Shown here one piece after another: positions 1 to 9,314 of a DNA stretch of 43,313 bases (position 1 is the stretch's first letter; each line of letters starts with the position of its first letter). The translations under genes and the position numbers were made by a program. The stretch covers positions 1 through 43,313 of the forward strand of contig SGYJ01000001.1 of assembly GCA_004214275.1 (NCBI GenBank), in the 5' to 3' direction. The notes beneath the pieces are model-generated. The model saw only the letters and a list, made by a program, of their open reading frames with translations. It was not told the DNA's origin and searched no databases. Source of the stretch: Acidimicrobiales bacterium (lineage in GTDB: Bacteria > Actinomycetota > Acidimicrobiia > Acidimicrobiales > Poriferisodalaceae).

Positions 1-1161
1 ACAAGGACCGAAACATCCGTTACTCCGTCATCAATAGTTGAGCAGCCGACGACGACATCTGAGTCTGAACTCGCATCCATTGAGTATGAGGTCGCGAAGA
101 TTCCAGGAAGTTTCTCTGCGGTTACTGCTGCCGTCGAAAGTTTCGTTGCTGAGAAGAACTTGAATGGTGCTGGGTTGATTGTCGTTGACCGTGATCGAGG
201 GGTTAGGTACCACAATCATTGGGGGGAATTCTCTACTGATCGAATCTCCCTGATTGCGTCTACAAGCAAAGTGATTAGTGCCGGGGTTTTGGTTCATCTT
301 CATGATCAAGGGTCGTTGGACCTTGAGGCACCGATTGGCGATGTCGTCGATTATGCGGGGCGGCTTAGCAACATCACGTCATCGCAATTGCTGTCGGGGA
401 GCTCCGGAATTCCAGGGCTTCGAGCCGACGACCCTCTGTACATTTGCATGTTTCTGCCTACTAGTTCGCTGCAACAGTGCGCAATCGAAGGCCTCTCGGT
501 AGCTGCTTCGGATCCTAGAACCGTCTCGCCAGACACTGAGTTTCGGTACGGAGGTATTCAGTTGCAAATTGCGGGTGCTGTGGCTGAGATAGCTTCAGGC
601 AAGAGTTGGGCTGAGTTGATCGACGAAATATACGTTGAGCCATGTGATCTCAGGTCGCTTGGTTATACGAATCCTTGGATCCCTCTCGGGGCGATCAGTG
701 GGAGCTACCCCGACTGGGATGGCGATCTATCTCTGCTCCCGCCGACCGACAACCCCCATATTGGAGGCGGCGCTTATGTGACAACTGGTGATTACGGAAA
801 ACTTCTCTCCATGCATCTGAACGGCGGAAAATGCAACGGACAAGAGGTGTTATCGCCAGGTGGTGTGGATTTAATGCAGCGCAATCGATCCGGTGAAACG
901 TATGGATCGCCTGTCGGTTATGGACTGGGGTGGTGGACACAAGAAATCGTCGGGTATGGCGGATCAACGGCGCAACCTTCTGACCAGAAGGACGTCATAC
1001 GTTTGAGAGATCCCGGTCTTTACGGTTCGACTGCGTGGATCCAGCCTGAAGATGGGTTCGCTGTTTATCTCGTTGTGGAGAGCACCTCGAATGTGGGAAA
1101 TCAACTTGCCCAGAAGTTGTACCCGCTGGTTGAGGCTGCCGTTTCAGTGATCAACGATTGA
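1..1161 (+). CDS. Serine hydrolase, beta-lactamase/class C-like family (5'-truncated by window edge)
   Basis: The frame of the 160..1161 ORF is open back to base 1 (TRTETSVTPSSIVEQPTTTSESE..., a Thr/Ser-rich linker), so the true start is outside the window. SxxK motif (ASTSK), FRYGG Tyr motif and GYGLGWW motif typical of the family. Confidence 0.8.
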   Translation, partial: TRTETSVTPSSIVEQPTTTSESELASIEYEVAKIPGSFSAVTAAVESFVAEKNLNGAGLIVVDRDRGVRYHNHWGEFSTDRISLIASTSKVISAGVLVHLHDQGSLDLEAPIGDVVDYAGRLSNITSSQLLSGSSGIPGLRADDPLYICMFLPTSSLQQCAIEGLSVAASDPRTVSPDTEFRYGGIQLQIAGAVAEIASGKSWAELIDEIYVEPCDLRSLGYTNPWIPLGAISGSYPDWDGDLSLLPPTDNPHIGGGAYVTTGDYGKLLSMHLNGGKCNGQEVLSPGGVDLMQRNRSGETYGSPVGYGLGWWTQEIVGYGGSTAQPSDQKDVIRLRDPGLYGSTAWIQPEDGFAVYLVVESTSNVGNQLAQKLYPLVEAAVSVIND

Positions 1162-1172
1162 AACTGTGATTT

Positions 1173-3488
1173 CTATTGTGTGCTGAACCCCGCTCGAAGG
1201 AGCCCTTGTCTTTCAGCCGCTTGTACTGCTTGACCAGGTTCGTTGAGACGGGTGAGAGTGACACCGTTAATAATTGCTGTGCATTTGAAATCATGTGGAT
1301 ACGGACCTACTGGTGATCCGGCATCGGTTCCGACATCAAAGGTTTCGCCACTCATTGAAAACCCTATTGGGACAGTTCGGTCGAGGCGTTGGTGGGCGAC
1401 AGCTGTGTCGTCAACGACTAGAACTAGTTCGCCGCCTTTGCCGAATCCGCCGTCGTAATCAAAAATTGCTTCGATCTGGTGGGGGCCCGAATCGAGTGTC
1501 ATTCCGGTCAAAGTGGTGATCTCGTGGCCGAAACAGTTATAAGTGAAGTTCGGGATTGCCTCGTGGAGCCACATTGACCATCCGGACATGTTGCCGCCCT
1601 GGCATGCGATCACTCCGCTGTCTTTGCTTGACATCTCTAAGTCTCCTGTAATCCTCCATGAGCAATTTTTGAGACGAACTACGACACTTTCTGGCATTCT
1701 CACGTGAGCTGTGGTGTAGGTCATACTTCGCAAACCATCGAGCGCGTGGGGTACTGCAAGTTCACCGCCTCTCGTGGACCCTGCGTCTCGCAGTGGGTAC
1801 ACCCCGAATCTTTTAGCTTCAGAATCAAAGAGGGCTAATAGTTGTCGCAGTATTTCGGGATGTTCATCGGCTAAGTCCACTGATTGGGAGAAGTCGTTCT
1901 TGATGTCGTAAAGCTCCCATTGTTCTTGCGGGCCGTCGAATTCGAATGCTTGCATGCGTATCCAGGGGACTCGGCCGTGGAAGCAGGATGCAATCCATCC
2001 ATTGTTGTACATGGCCCGGTTGCCAAGAATTTCGAAGTACTGGGTGGTTCTTTGGCTGGGTCCATCTTCGGCATATGAATAACCCATGGGAGTTCCATGA
2101 AAAGGCATTTGGGTTATGCCATTCACACTGTCCGGAACGGTAATCCCGGCTGCTTCGAGAATTGTTGGGGCGATGTCCACAACGTGATGGAACTGTGACC
2201 GCAGCCCACCTTTATCGTTTATGTGTCCTGGCCATTCGATGGCAAGACCGTTTCGTGTCCCTCCGAAGTGAGAAGCGACTTGTTTCATCCATTGGAACGG
2301 TGAGTCAAGTGCCCATGCCCAGCCAACGTTGAAATGGTTTTCGCACTTCGAAGTGCCAAAATCATCAATGTGTTCGAGGAGCCATTCGGGGTCTTCGTGT
2401 ACGCCGTTTTGGAATGATGGGGCGCTCCATGCTCCGTGGATGGTGCCTTCGGCAGAAGCTCCATTATCTCCGGAAAGATATATGACAAGAGTGTCTCGGT
2501 CTTCTTGCCTAGCGGCATCAATGACGCGTCCGATGTGATGATCGGTGTGGGCGAGGAACCCGGCGAAGCATTCCATCAGCCGTGTAGCTACTGGCCGGTA
2601 TCGCTCTGGGTATTCATCCCATGCAGGAATTTCGTCTGGTCTTGTTGTGAGAGTTGTGTCCTCTGGAATGACGCCGAGATGAAGTTGTTGTTCGTATATT
2701 TGTTCTCTTAGCTCGTCCCATCCCGCGTCAAATTTGCCTCGGTATTTTTCGATCCAATCCGCTGGGGCGTGATGGGGCGCGTGAACCGCTGGAGTTGAGA
2801 AATAACAGAACCATGGTCGATTGGGTGCTGACGCTCGATGGCGGTCCATCCAACTTATTGCTTGGTCGGCGAGGTCTTCGGTGAGGTGGTAGTCGGGGCG
2901 CCCGATATGCGGTGAGATTGGTGTGGTCTGGTCATATGCTGCTGGTTCCCAATGGGAAGCTTCGGCTCCGATGATCCCGTAGAAGCGGTCGAAACCCATA
3001 CCAGTTGGCCAACGGTCATAGGGTCCTGCAGGGCCTTGTTCCCACGAGGGTGTTAGGTGCCATTTGCCAAAGCATGAGGTTGCGTAGCCTGACAGTTGCA
3101 GTATTTGGGCGACGGTGGCTGCTTCGGCCGGAATCTGGGAGTCATAGCCAGGAAATGAGTTGGCGATCTCGGTAATCCCTCCCATGTGGACACTGTGGTG
3201 TTGCCTTCCTGTCAGCAATGTTGCTCGGGTGGGTGAACAAAGTGCAGTGGTGTGAAATTGGTTATAGACAAGACCATTATCGGCAACGCCTTGAAATGCG
3301 GGCGCTTCGACTGGGCCGCCGAACGAGGAGAACGATCCGAAGCCCACGTCGTCAAGCATCACAAGCAAAACGTTGGGTGCCCTTTCGGGAGCTTGAGCCG
3401 CTTCAAGACGCCGTGGTTCTGCGTCTTCGAGTAGCCGGTCCACTCGACCATTAAATGGCGGTGTGGGTTTCGGCAAATTTTCTGTCAT
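1173..3488 (-). CDS. Arylsulfatase, formylglycine-dependent (Cys-type)
   Basis: 771 aa; LVMLDDVG metal motif, sulfatase signature LCSPTRATLLTGR (CxPxR), GKWHL, SGDNG. Confidence 0.92.
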   Translation of the reverse strand: MTENLPKPTPPFNGRVDRLLEDAEPRRLEAAQAPERAPNVLLVMLDDVGFGSFSSFGGPVEAPAFQGVADNGLVYNQFHTTALCSPTRATLLTGRQHHSVHMGGITEIANSFPGYDSQIPAEAATVAQILQLSGYATSCFGKWHLTPSWEQGPAGPYDRWPTGMGFDRFYGIIGAEASHWEPAAYDQTTPISPHIGRPDYHLTEDLADQAISWMDRHRASAPNRPWFCYFSTPAVHAPHHAPADWIEKYRGKFDAGWDELREQIYEQQLHLGVIPEDTTLTTRPDEIPAWDEYPERYRPVATRLMECFAGFLAHTDHHIGRVIDAARQEDRDTLVIYLSGDNGASAEGTIHGAWSAPSFQNGVHEDPEWLLEHIDDFGTSKCENHFNVGWAWALDSPFQWMKQVASHFGGTRNGLAIEWPGHINDKGGLRSQFHHVVDIAPTILEAAGITVPDSVNGITQMPFHGTPMGYSYAEDGPSQRTTQYFEILGNRAMYNNGWIASCFHGRVPWIRMQAFEFDGPQEQWELYDIKNDFSQSVDLADEHPEILRQLLALFDSEAKRFGVYPLRDAGSTRGGELAVPHALDGLRSMTYTTAHVRMPESVVVRLKNCSWRITGDLEMSSKDSGVIACQGGNMSGWSMWLHEAIPNFTYNCFGHEITTLTGMTLDSGPHQIEAIFDYDGGFGKGGELVLVVDDTAVAHQRLDRTVPIGFSMSGETFDVGTDAGSPVGPYPHDFKCTAIINGVTLTRLNEPGQAVQAAERQGLLRAGFSTQ

Positions 3489-5188
3489 CGGAAGCCTGGG
3501 TGATCAACTGCTTGAAGGACGTTTCTTACTGCGTCCAAGTCGCCTTTCACTGCCATATCACCAGAGCTTATGGCTGACTGCAGGTCAGCTGATCCTGTGA
3601 GGATCTGATTCCAGGTTGCCCTGCGACCCGATAGGACTGCCTCGCCGGCTTGTCCGTCAGTTGGACAGGCGATGTGGTTGCGAAAGTGGATGCCTGTCCG
3701 TTCGCCATCGAGTTCGATTGCGAGGTGAAAATCAATATCGGTGAGTCTGTCTGGGTCAATGAGGACTCTGAGTATGGACACAGCAGCATCGGTGGACCAT
3801 CGCTCTACCTGACGTCGACTGAATCGATGAGTGTTGAGTCTCGCTCCGTCAATGTGGCCTTCTAAATCGAGTGCACGGGTTATGCACCAGTTACGGACGT
3901 TGGAAGAGGTTGTCCGTTGAGCCGCAGCGCGAAGAGCTGTGGCAAGGAGGCTCCGGTCAATTTCCGAGGCTTCTGACCGATGGATGAGTCGACCGGCCAG
4001 TGAGATGGCCCACCTGAGATCATTTTGAGATCCTTGTATAGCTTCGGTACAGAGCTTTCTGACCTGTTCAGGCCCTCCCATTGCAGAGACCATTCGTTCT
4101 GCTTCTTCGGAACTATCTAACGGCAGTAATCCGATTGGGTCCCCGTCAAAAAACCCGAAGAGCCCCGACCGGATCTGCCGTACATGGTGTTCAGCCAGAC
4201 CGTAGTGCTGTTTTGTTAACCAATCTTCGTCGTACACAGCGGGGAGTTGGATGCGATGCGCTAACTCTGGGCCAGTCGCTCCCCTATTGGCCCAACGAAC
4301 CGTTTGGTCCCATAGAAACTGGATCGAGTCCCGGTACGCGGTCACCCTACGTTGTATTTCTTCCATCCCAGACAGCGGTGGGCCGTGTGTGGCTAGGAGG
4401 TGTTCCGCGTCGAGGGAGCGGAGATGATCAATACCTTTTATAAGTACGCGTGGGTCTCGATATTCCTCTCCACGAATCGCAAAAATATTGAACAACGCCG
4501 GCCAGACAAGATTTTGGACTGCAACCTTGAGCTCGGGGAAATAGAGAGTGACGGAGTCATCAGCATCAGAAGGAGCATGAGTAACGATCATTTCCAGACC
4601 AGCAACAACTACAGAACCATCCTCAGAAAAAGTGTGGTCTGCGGGAACGTGACCCGGGGTCGAAGGGGCATGGTGTGCCATTCGGTAGGCAAGCCCAAGA
4701 CCCACATTGACTAGCCCGTCAGGCCCGTCTTCGGGCATTTGGATTCCAAACTGCTCTATTAATCCTCTGGAGTAGGCGGGTGCTATTTCGGTTGCCGATC
4801 GCTCAAGGTTGTAGCTGATTCGTTTATGGCCCCATATGGCTTGTATGGGTTCTTTTTCTATTAGAGCGGTCGTTCCGTTCACATAATGAAAATGGGTGTA
4901 GACGACAGCTACAACAGGTTGGTCGGACACGAGCCGAAGATGCTCTAGAGCACTATTCATCTCTTCGATCGATTCACCGGTATCGATCGCGATGATGCCG
5001 TCCGGGCCTTGGATAAACGTCTGGTTGGACAAACCATTGCCTACGAGGCACCAGACCCCAGATGCGACTTCATACATTTGTGGCGCTAAACGCTCAGTGT
5101 GTTCATGCAACGAGCGGTTCGCTATACCACCTCGTGCACCGGCCACAACATCAGAGTCGTCATTGGCAAATGGTTGTTGATGCCCCAT
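3485..5188 (-). CDS. Alkyl sulfatase (SdsA1/BDS1-like): metallo-beta-lactamase fold, dimerisation domain, C-terminal SCP2-like domain
   Basis: 567 aa; GLSNQTFIQGPDGIIAIDTG N-terminal motif, IRGEEYRD, FLWDQTVR, GFFDGDP, and an SCP2-like tail (AISSGDMAVKGD). The metal motif is atypical (THFHYV). Overlaps the arylsulfatase start by 4 nt (ATGA). Confidence 0.8.
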   Translation of the reverse strand: MGHQQPFANDDSDVVAGARGGIANRSLHEHTERLAPQMYEVASGVWCLVGNGLSNQTFIQGPDGIIAIDTGESIEEMNSALEHLRLVSDQPVVAVVYTHFHYVNGTTALIEKEPIQAIWGHKRISYNLERSATEIAPAYSRGLIEQFGIQMPEDGPDGLVNVGLGLAYRMAHHAPSTPGHVPADHTFSEDGSVVVAGLEMIVTHAPSDADDSVTLYFPELKVAVQNLVWPALFNIFAIRGEEYRDPRVLIKGIDHLRSLDAEHLLATHGPPLSGMEEIQRRVTAYRDSIQFLWDQTVRWANRGATGPELAHRIQLPAVYDEDWLTKQHYGLAEHHVRQIRSGLFGFFDGDPIGLLPLDSSEEAERMVSAMGGPEQVRKLCTEAIQGSQNDLRWAISLAGRLIHRSEASEIDRSLLATALRAAAQRTTSSNVRNWCITRALDLEGHIDGARLNTHRFSRRQVERWSTDAAVSILRVLIDPDRLTDIDFHLAIELDGERTGIHFRNHIACPTDGQAGEAVLSGRRATWNQILTGSADLQSAISSGDMAVKGDLDAVRNVLQAVDHPGFR

Positions 5189-5194
5189 TTCGGG

Positions 5195-5200
5195 ATCCTA
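5195..5200 (-). promoter_or_regulatory. Putative -10 box TAGGAT of a leaderless transcript
   Basis: TANNNT hexamer 6 nt upstream of the ATG at 5188, with no Shine-Dalgarno sequence. Confidence 0.55.
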
Positions 5201-5257
5201 GATCGGCGAACGATCAATTTTCGATTTCGTCGCAGTAATGGAAGACGACCGGTTCTC

Positions 5258-6664
5258 TTAGCTCTTTGGCTGGAAACGTTCAGCAACTTGGCGATGTCTA
5301 GTGAGCATCTCGTCGATCTGTGGGTTAGTCAGCACTCCACCATCCACAATCTGTTCTCCATGGACAAACACGTGGGTCGCTGAAAAGGGGCCGCACCGCA
5401 GCCATCCTTCTATCGGGTCGTCAAGAACACCAGCGATTTGAGGCCCCTCTAGTCTCCATACAGCTACATCACCTACCGAACCAACTGACAATTCACCTAT
5501 TTCACCAGTTCGGCCAAGACACGCAGCCCCACCCCGAGTCGCTATTTCCAAGGCCATTCTCGCGTTCATCTGATCAGCCCCAGACACAAGCTTCCCTTGA
5601 AGCATCGCGAGCCGAGCTTCCTGCCATAACGAAGCTGAATCGGCAGACGAGGAGCCGTCACATCCCAAACCTACGGGGCACCCCGCGTCTCTCATCGCGA
5701 CAACTGGGGAAATGCCCGAAGAAAGGATCATGTTGGAACTTGGACAATGAGCGATACCGACGCCAGCTGCACCAAGACGAATAATTTCATGTTCGTTAGG
5801 GCGAACAACGTGCGCTCCCCAACTTCGATCAGTGAGCCATCCCACGTCTTCATACAATTCGACTGGGCGCCTCCCGAATTGGGCTATTGAAAATTCGTCA
5901 TCTTCAGAGTTTTCAGCCAGATGAGTGTGGAGTCTGACGTCAAGACGTTCCGCCAACTCTGCTGTTCGTAGCATTAAATCAGGGGTGACCGTAAACGGCG
6001 AACAGGGAGCAAGCGCTATCTGGAGCATCGATCCCACTGCAGGGTCATGCCAACGATTCACATGTCGTTCACTTTCGGCAAGAATGTCATCTTCGGTCCG
6101 AACAGCATCATCTGGAGGGAGACCTCCATCCTTGACCGACAAACTCATAGACCCGTAGGTCGGGTGAAACCTCATCGACAGCTCAACCGCTGCTTGAATT
6201 TCAGCTGCTAAGAGATCACCAGCTCTCGCCGGGTGAAGATAATGATGATCGGTCGTGGTGGTGCATCCGGACATTGCTAATTCCGCCAGTCCGACCCAGG
6301 CAGCCAGATATACCGCTTCTTCATCGATTGCTGCCGTCCACAACGGGTACAGCGACTCCAACCACCCGAATAGCGGCGCTGATGTCATCGGTCGGTAGGC
6401 CCGGGTCATGTTTTGGAATAAATGGTGATGAGTGTTGATTAACCCCGGAGTCACCAAACAGCCACTCGCGTTGACGCGGCGCTGAGCAGCGGGTGTCTGC
6501 TCAGTGCCCCCGCCGAGCGCAACAACAAGGCCGTTGTCGACTGCTACCCAACCGCCTGCTAGCTCGCGACGTTTCTCGTCCATAGTCGCAACCAGCCAAG
6601 CGTCCTCTATAAGGAGGTCAACGGGTTCAACCATCGAGGACAGTCTGACATTGATGTCAGACAT
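5258..6664 (-). CDS. 8-oxoguanine deaminase-like amidohydrolase (AtzB/TrzA/guanine deaminase group)
   Basis: 468 aa; PGLINTHHHLFQNMTRA (HxH), TTTTDHHYL, APCSPF, HTHLAE, HCPSSNM and GCDGSSS motifs match the 8-oxoguanine deaminase subgroup. The start could instead be the Met at 6634. Confidence 0.8.
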   Translation of the reverse strand: MSDINVRLSSMVEPVDLLIEDAWLVATMDEKRRELAGGWVAVDNGLVVALGGGTEQTPAAQRRVNASGCLVTPGLINTHHHLFQNMTRAYRPMTSAPLFGWLESLYPLWTAAIDEEAVYLAAWVGLAELAMSGCTTTTDHHYLHPARAGDLLAAEIQAAVELSMRFHPTYGSMSLSVKDGGLPPDDAVRTEDDILAESERHVNRWHDPAVGSMLQIALAPCSPFTVTPDLMLRTAELAERLDVRLHTHLAENSEDDEFSIAQFGRRPVELYEDVGWLTDRSWGAHVVRPNEHEIIRLGAAGVGIAHCPSSNMILSSGISPVVAMRDAGCPVGLGCDGSSSADSASLWQEARLAMLQGKLVSGADQMNARMALEIATRGGAACLGRTGEIGELSVGSVGDVAVWRLEGPQIAGVLDDPIEGWLRCGPFSATHVFVHGEQIVDGGVLTNPQIDEMLTRHRQVAERFQPKS

Positions 6665-6694
6665 CTGTGTTGACTAATTGGAGACTCATACCTC

Positions 6695-6700
6695 TATCTT
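6695..6700 (+). promoter_or_regulatory. Putative -10 box TATCTT of a leaderless transcript (possible -35 TTGACT at 6670-6675)
   Basis: TANNNT 6 nt upstream of ATG 6707, in a 42-nt divergent intergenic gap. Confidence 0.55.
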
Positions 6701-6706
6701 GGAAGA

Positions 6707-8206
6707 ATGCGCCGTCCACTGGCAGTTTTCGATGATTTCAATCCAGAAGGCAAGACGTCTTTTGCCAACGCGGTCACGCGTTTTCGCGAACGAAACATCG
6801 TTCTACCGCGATTTAGTGAGTTGAGAGACCCTACGACCTTCAAACCGGACCTTCTCGATGCTCTGGCCCATGTCGACCCTGATGATGCTGATCCGATCAA
6901 TCTTTTCCGAGTTCACTGGTTCAACAGTCCAACTCAACCAACACCAGTTGCCATCCCCGATCACATTGAACTACCACCAGAGGTCACCGGAACTGACGCT
7001 CGCATAGTGGTAGCGCTTGGGAATCGATTCCCGATGATCGCAGCCCACAAGGTACTCGCAGCGTATTCCTGTCTTGTCGCCCGCTTGGTTACAGGCCGCT
7101 TTGACCCAACTATCAACCGAGCTGTTTGGCCCTCCACTGGTAACTACGCCCGAGGTGGTGTTGCTATCTCAAAGATAATGGGCTGCCGTGGGGTCGCCGT
7201 TCTACCTGAGGGTATGAGCCGGGAACGATTTGAATGGTTAGATCGGTGGATCGAACACCCAGAAGACGTCATCCGCACACCCGGCACTGAAGCCAACGTC
7301 AAAGAAATTTACGATGAATGTGGTCGACTGGAGGCTGATGAATCAAATGTAATTCTCAATCAATTCAGCGAATTCTCGAACCATCTGGGGCACTACGCGG
7401 TGACAGGACCGGCTCTTGAGTCCATCTTTTTGGAAGTGACGTCTAAGCAACCTGCTCAACTCGCTGCTTTCGTTTCAGCTTCCGGGTCAGCCGGAACTTT
7501 GGGAGCTGGCGACTATTTGAAGGACACCCACGACACCCGGATTGTGGCTGTCGAAGCTCTTGAAGTGCCGACAATGCTTTATAACGGATTCGGTGACCAC
7601 AACATTCAGGGGATAGGCGATAAACACGTCCCCCTCATCCATAACGTCACTAACACTGATCTCATTGTTGGCATCTCGGACAAGGCAACAGATCACCTGG
7701 ACGTCGCATTTAACACGCCATCCGGCCTTCGCTCGTTGGAACGCCAAGGCGTCGATCCGGAGCTCGGATCGCTGTTAACAAATTTGGGGTATTCATCCAT
7801 ATGCAACATTTTGGCTGCAATCAAAGCAGCGAAGCACTGGGGACTCGGTCGCGAGGATGTCATTGTCACAGTCGCTACAGATGGGTCTGAACTGTATAAC
7901 TCCGAACGAGAAAAGGTTATGCGTCGGGATTTTCCAGAAGGATTTGACGATACCGAAGCCGACACTGTGCTCGGAACTCATTTGAACGACATCAGTACCG
8001 AACACATCCTTGATATGGACGCAGCAAACCGAGACCGTGTCTTCAACCTCGGCTATTTCACTTGGGTCGAACAGCAAGGAATTTCAATCGACGATTTCGA
8101 ACGCAGAAGAAGCCAAGATTGGTGGAACGAGTTACGACCCCTCATTGAGAAGTGGGACAATCGCATTAGCGAATTCAATGAGGCAACCGGCGCAAAGCAT
8201 CGTTAG
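6707..8206 (+). CDS. PLP-dependent enzyme, fold type II (cysteine synthase/Trp synthase beta-like), function unknown
   Basis: 499 aa; PLP-Lys motif AAHKVLAAY, PSTGNYARGG substrate loop, Gly-rich SGSAGTLGAG, HNIQGIG. Confidence 0.8.
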   Translation: MRRPLAVFDDFNPEGKTSFANAVTRFRERNIVLPRFSELRDPTTFKPDLLDALAHVDPDDADPINLFRVHWFNSPTQPTPVAIPDHIELPPEVTGTDARIVVALGNRFPMIAAHKVLAAYSCLVARLVTGRFDPTINRAVWPSTGNYARGGVAISKIMGCRGVAVLPEGMSRERFEWLDRWIEHPEDVIRTPGTEANVKEIYDECGRLEADESNVILNQFSEFSNHLGHYAVTGPALESIFLEVTSKQPAQLAAFVSASGSAGTLGAGDYLKDTHDTRIVAVEALEVPTMLYNGFGDHNIQGIGDKHVPLIHNVTNTDLIVGISDKATDHLDVAFNTPSGLRSLERQGVDPELGSLLTNLGYSSICNILAAIKAAKHWGLGREDVIVTVATDGSELYNSEREKVMRRDFPEGFDDTEADTVLGTHLNDISTEHILDMDAANRDRVFNLGYFTWVEQQGISIDDFERRRSQDWWNELRPLIEKWDNRISEFNEATGAKHR

Positions 8207-8210
8207 TGAC

Positions 8211-9314
8211 GTGAAAGAGACAAACCCCTTTATCCTCTACCGGGATCGCCTCGACTCCTACGATCACGCAGTTGCAGCCGGCTGGAGTGATCAGCAGTTT
8301 ATGGATCTGGTAGCTAGGTTGGATGCGGGGATACAGGTAGTTGATGGAGCCGGATTTTCTGTAACTCCCGTCATTAACGGCGGCCCGCTAGCAGCTGCGC
8401 TTGGCCTTGATATTGATCTGAAGATCAAGGTGGAAATCAATTCGGTTGGAGGGTCTCATAAGGCCAGGCACCTTTTTGGTGTTGCCCTTCATTCGGCGGT
8501 CGAAAACGCAACCAAAGATCCTCCGACGGGGTCTTTGGCAATTGCCAGTTGCGGCAATGCCGCTATAGCCGCAGCAATCGTAGCAAAGGCAATTAACCAA
8601 CCGATTGACGTGTTCGTCCCTGTTTGGGCTGAACGATCTGCACTTGACTTGTTGCAAGAATTGGGCGCGCAAATCCAAGTATGCACGCCAGCAACTAACG
8701 AAAAAGGGGACCCCTGTTACGCCCGCTTTCAACAAGCGCTCGCTAATGGCAGCCGCCCATTTGGCGTTCAAGGAACCGACACTCCTGCAGCTTTCGACGG
8801 CGGTCGAACTTTAGGGTGGGAGTTACACGACCAGGTCCCAAATCTAGACACCGTGTTCGTCCAAGTGGGAGGCGGTGCATTAGGGACAGCAACAGCAATG
8901 GCGTTGCCTGGTGTGCCGATCTATCCAGTTCAGGTTTCTGGATGCGCGCCTCTTAAACGAGCTTGGGACCTTCTGGCACCAGATTTTGATATGGCGGAAG
9001 CCGCTGATAACCCCGAAAATTTTATGTGGCCTTGGGACGAACCATCCAGCGCTGCTTCGGGTCTTCTCGATGACATTACCTACGACTGGCTGCCGTTGTT
9101 AGAAGCAACTTTGGTGGGTGGAGGAGAACCCGTAGTGGTACCTGAGGCAACTCTTATTGAAACCCATCGAATTGCCACTAGCGTTACAGGTTTAAATGTT
9201 TCTCCTACCGGGGTAGCGGGGCTAGCTGGTTTGGTAGAAGCCCCTCCAAAGACTGGCGAGGTCGTAGCGGTTTTATTTACAGGGGTCGACCGCCAAAACG
9301 AGGTAGCGGCATGA
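8211..9314 (+). CDS. PLP-dependent enzyme, fold type II (threonine synthase-like)
   Basis: GGSHKARH Lys motif, ASCGNAA, VQVGGGALG, terminal VLFTG. The track start at 8010 overlaps the upstream gene by about 200 nt; in-frame GTG 8211 (4 nt after the upstream stop) or ATG 8178 is more plausible. Confidence 0.75.
   Translation: MKETNPFILYRDRLDSYDHAVAAGWSDQQFMDLVARLDAGIQVVDGAGFSVTPVINGGPLAAALGLDIDLKIKVEINSVGGSHKARHLFGVALHSAVENATKDPPTGSLAIASCGNAAIAAAIVAKAINQPIDVFVPVWAERSALDLLQELGAQIQVCTPATNEKGDPCYARFQQALANGSRPFGVQGTDTPAAFDGGRTLGWELHDQVPNLDTVFVQVGGGALGTATAMALPGVPIYPVQVSGCAPLKRAWDLLAPDFDMAEAADNPENFMWPWDEPSSAASGLLDDITYDWLPLLEATLVGGGEPVVVPEATLIETHRIATSVTGLNVSPTGVAGLAGLVEAPPKTGEVVAVLFTGVDRQNEVAA

Noticed and set aside
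1-1161. Beta-lactamase as an antibiotic-resistance gene
   Set aside because: Only the family fold motifs are present, and the YxN and KTG motifs are divergent; more likely an esterase or peptidase.
8010-8210. Long N-terminal extension of the threonine-synthase-like ORF given in the track
   Set aside because: It overlaps the conserved C-terminus of the upstream PLP gene by about 200 nt; downstream in-frame starts (8178, 8211) fit better.
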